Assembly (NCBI GenBank): GCA_038087875.1
Contig: CM075989.1
Span: forward strand, 22,694,001 to 22,758,000
DNA length: 64,000 nt
Source of the DNA: Malacoraja senta
Lineage: Eukaryota
Direction of reading: 5' to 3'
Shown here piece after piece: positions 62,945-64,000 of this stretch. Both the position numbers and the translations under genes were made by a program. The notes under the pieces were generated by a model, which saw nothing but the letters and a program-made list of their open reading frames with translations, ran no database searches and was not told the origin of the DNA. Every line of letters starts with the position of its first letter. The stretch's first letter is position 1.

Positions 62945-64000
62945 TAAGGAACATTCTCCCGACTGCATGATATTTGAAAAGAAAAGTCGACTTTACATTA
63001 GACTTTCCAGAGACAACACGGAAGCAGTCCCATCGGCCCACCGAGTCCGCACCGACCAGCGATCACCCCGTACACTAGCACCACCCTGCACACACTTGGG
63101 ACAATTTACAATTTTCACCGAAGCCAATTAACCAACAAACCTGTACGTCTTTGGAGTGTGGGCGGAAACCGGAGATCCCGGAGAAAACACACGTGGTCAC
63201 GGGGAGAACGCACAAACTCCGTAAGGACAGCACCCGTAGTCAGGATCGAACCCGGGTCTCTGGCGCTGTGAGTCAGCAACTCGACCGCTGCGCCACTGCA
63301 AAAAGATAAGAAAAAGTAAAAACATACTCTGCCTGGACTGTAGAAAAACACCGGGAGCATAAAATTGGAAAAGGAAAAATCAACGTAAATAATTATAAAA
63401 GGTGGACAAAAATACTGGAGAAACTCAGCGGGCGAGGCAGCATCTATGGAGCGATGGAATAGGGCAATAATAGTTTCAATTATGAATAATTATAAACTAT
63501 TGCCTGGATTTGAGGAGAGGTTTGGCAAAGTTGGATTGTTTTCCCTAGATTGCCAGAGGTTGAGGGGAGACCTGGTAGAATTATTCAAAATTACGTGAGG
63601 TATAGATATGGTAGACAGTCAGGGTCTTTTATATATTTAATAGGAAGATGAGGAGCACCGTTTTTTACACAGAGGGCAATGCATATATGAACCAAGCTGC
63701 CAGCAGAAGGGGTTGATGCAGATACAATAACAATATTTACAAGATATTTGGACAGGATGATGTGTAGGGAAGAACTACAGATGCTGGTTTAAATCGAAGA
63801 TAGACTCAAAATGCTGGAGTAACTCAGTGGCACAGGCAGCGTCTCTGGAGAGAAAGAATTGGTGACGTTTCAGGTCGATCGAGACCCTTCTTCAGACTGA
63901 GACTCAAGGGCAGGGGCAAAAAGCTGTTACACTTTTCTCCTCAATTTGAGCTGCAGTAGCTGAAGACATCAAAGCAATGGTAAGAGTGCTGGAGTAACTC

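Noticed and set aside
1..64000. Most ORFs in the supplied track (e.g. 12468..13106, 11668..12153, 25991..26464, 45260..45916)
   Set aside because: They are translations of SINE, CR1, Penelope, MITE or L2 sequence (recurrent peptides such as TDSTRSQDRTRVSGAVRQQ), not host genes.

Overview
Repeat-dense vertebrate genomic DNA. The repeat families (V-SINE/HE1-like tRNA SINE, CR1/HER1-like LINE tails, Penelope remnants) point to a cartilaginous fish, probably a skate or ray; this is inference. Almost all ORFs in the supplied track are spurious translations of repeats. By hand I assembled 12 coding exons (~424 codons) of the 3' part of a minus-strand protein-coding gene, from 50981 down to a TAA at 12226. 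All junctions are phase-consistent except one. I could not name the product, and its 5' exons were not found. Weak plus-strand exon candidates lie in the first 3.5 kb. The rest is SINEs, fragments of CR1, L2, Rex1/Babar, Tx1, RTE and Penelope elements, PIF/Harbinger-type MITEs with TAA/TTA duplications, and one solo LTR. The most interesting signals are RNA structures. (1) Two copies of a ~120-140 bp non-coding retroposon with 7-bp TSDs and a (GAA)n tail begin with a 54-nt sequence that folds into a complete minimal HDV/CPEB3-like self-cleaving ribozyme; both are intronic and sense to the host gene. (2) Many Penelope-derived minimal hammerhead motifs occur, including a 5-unit tandem array at 57540-57750. 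(3) A 16-bp-phased CCGAA array lies at 6580-6783. Ribozyme activity is predicted from sequence only.
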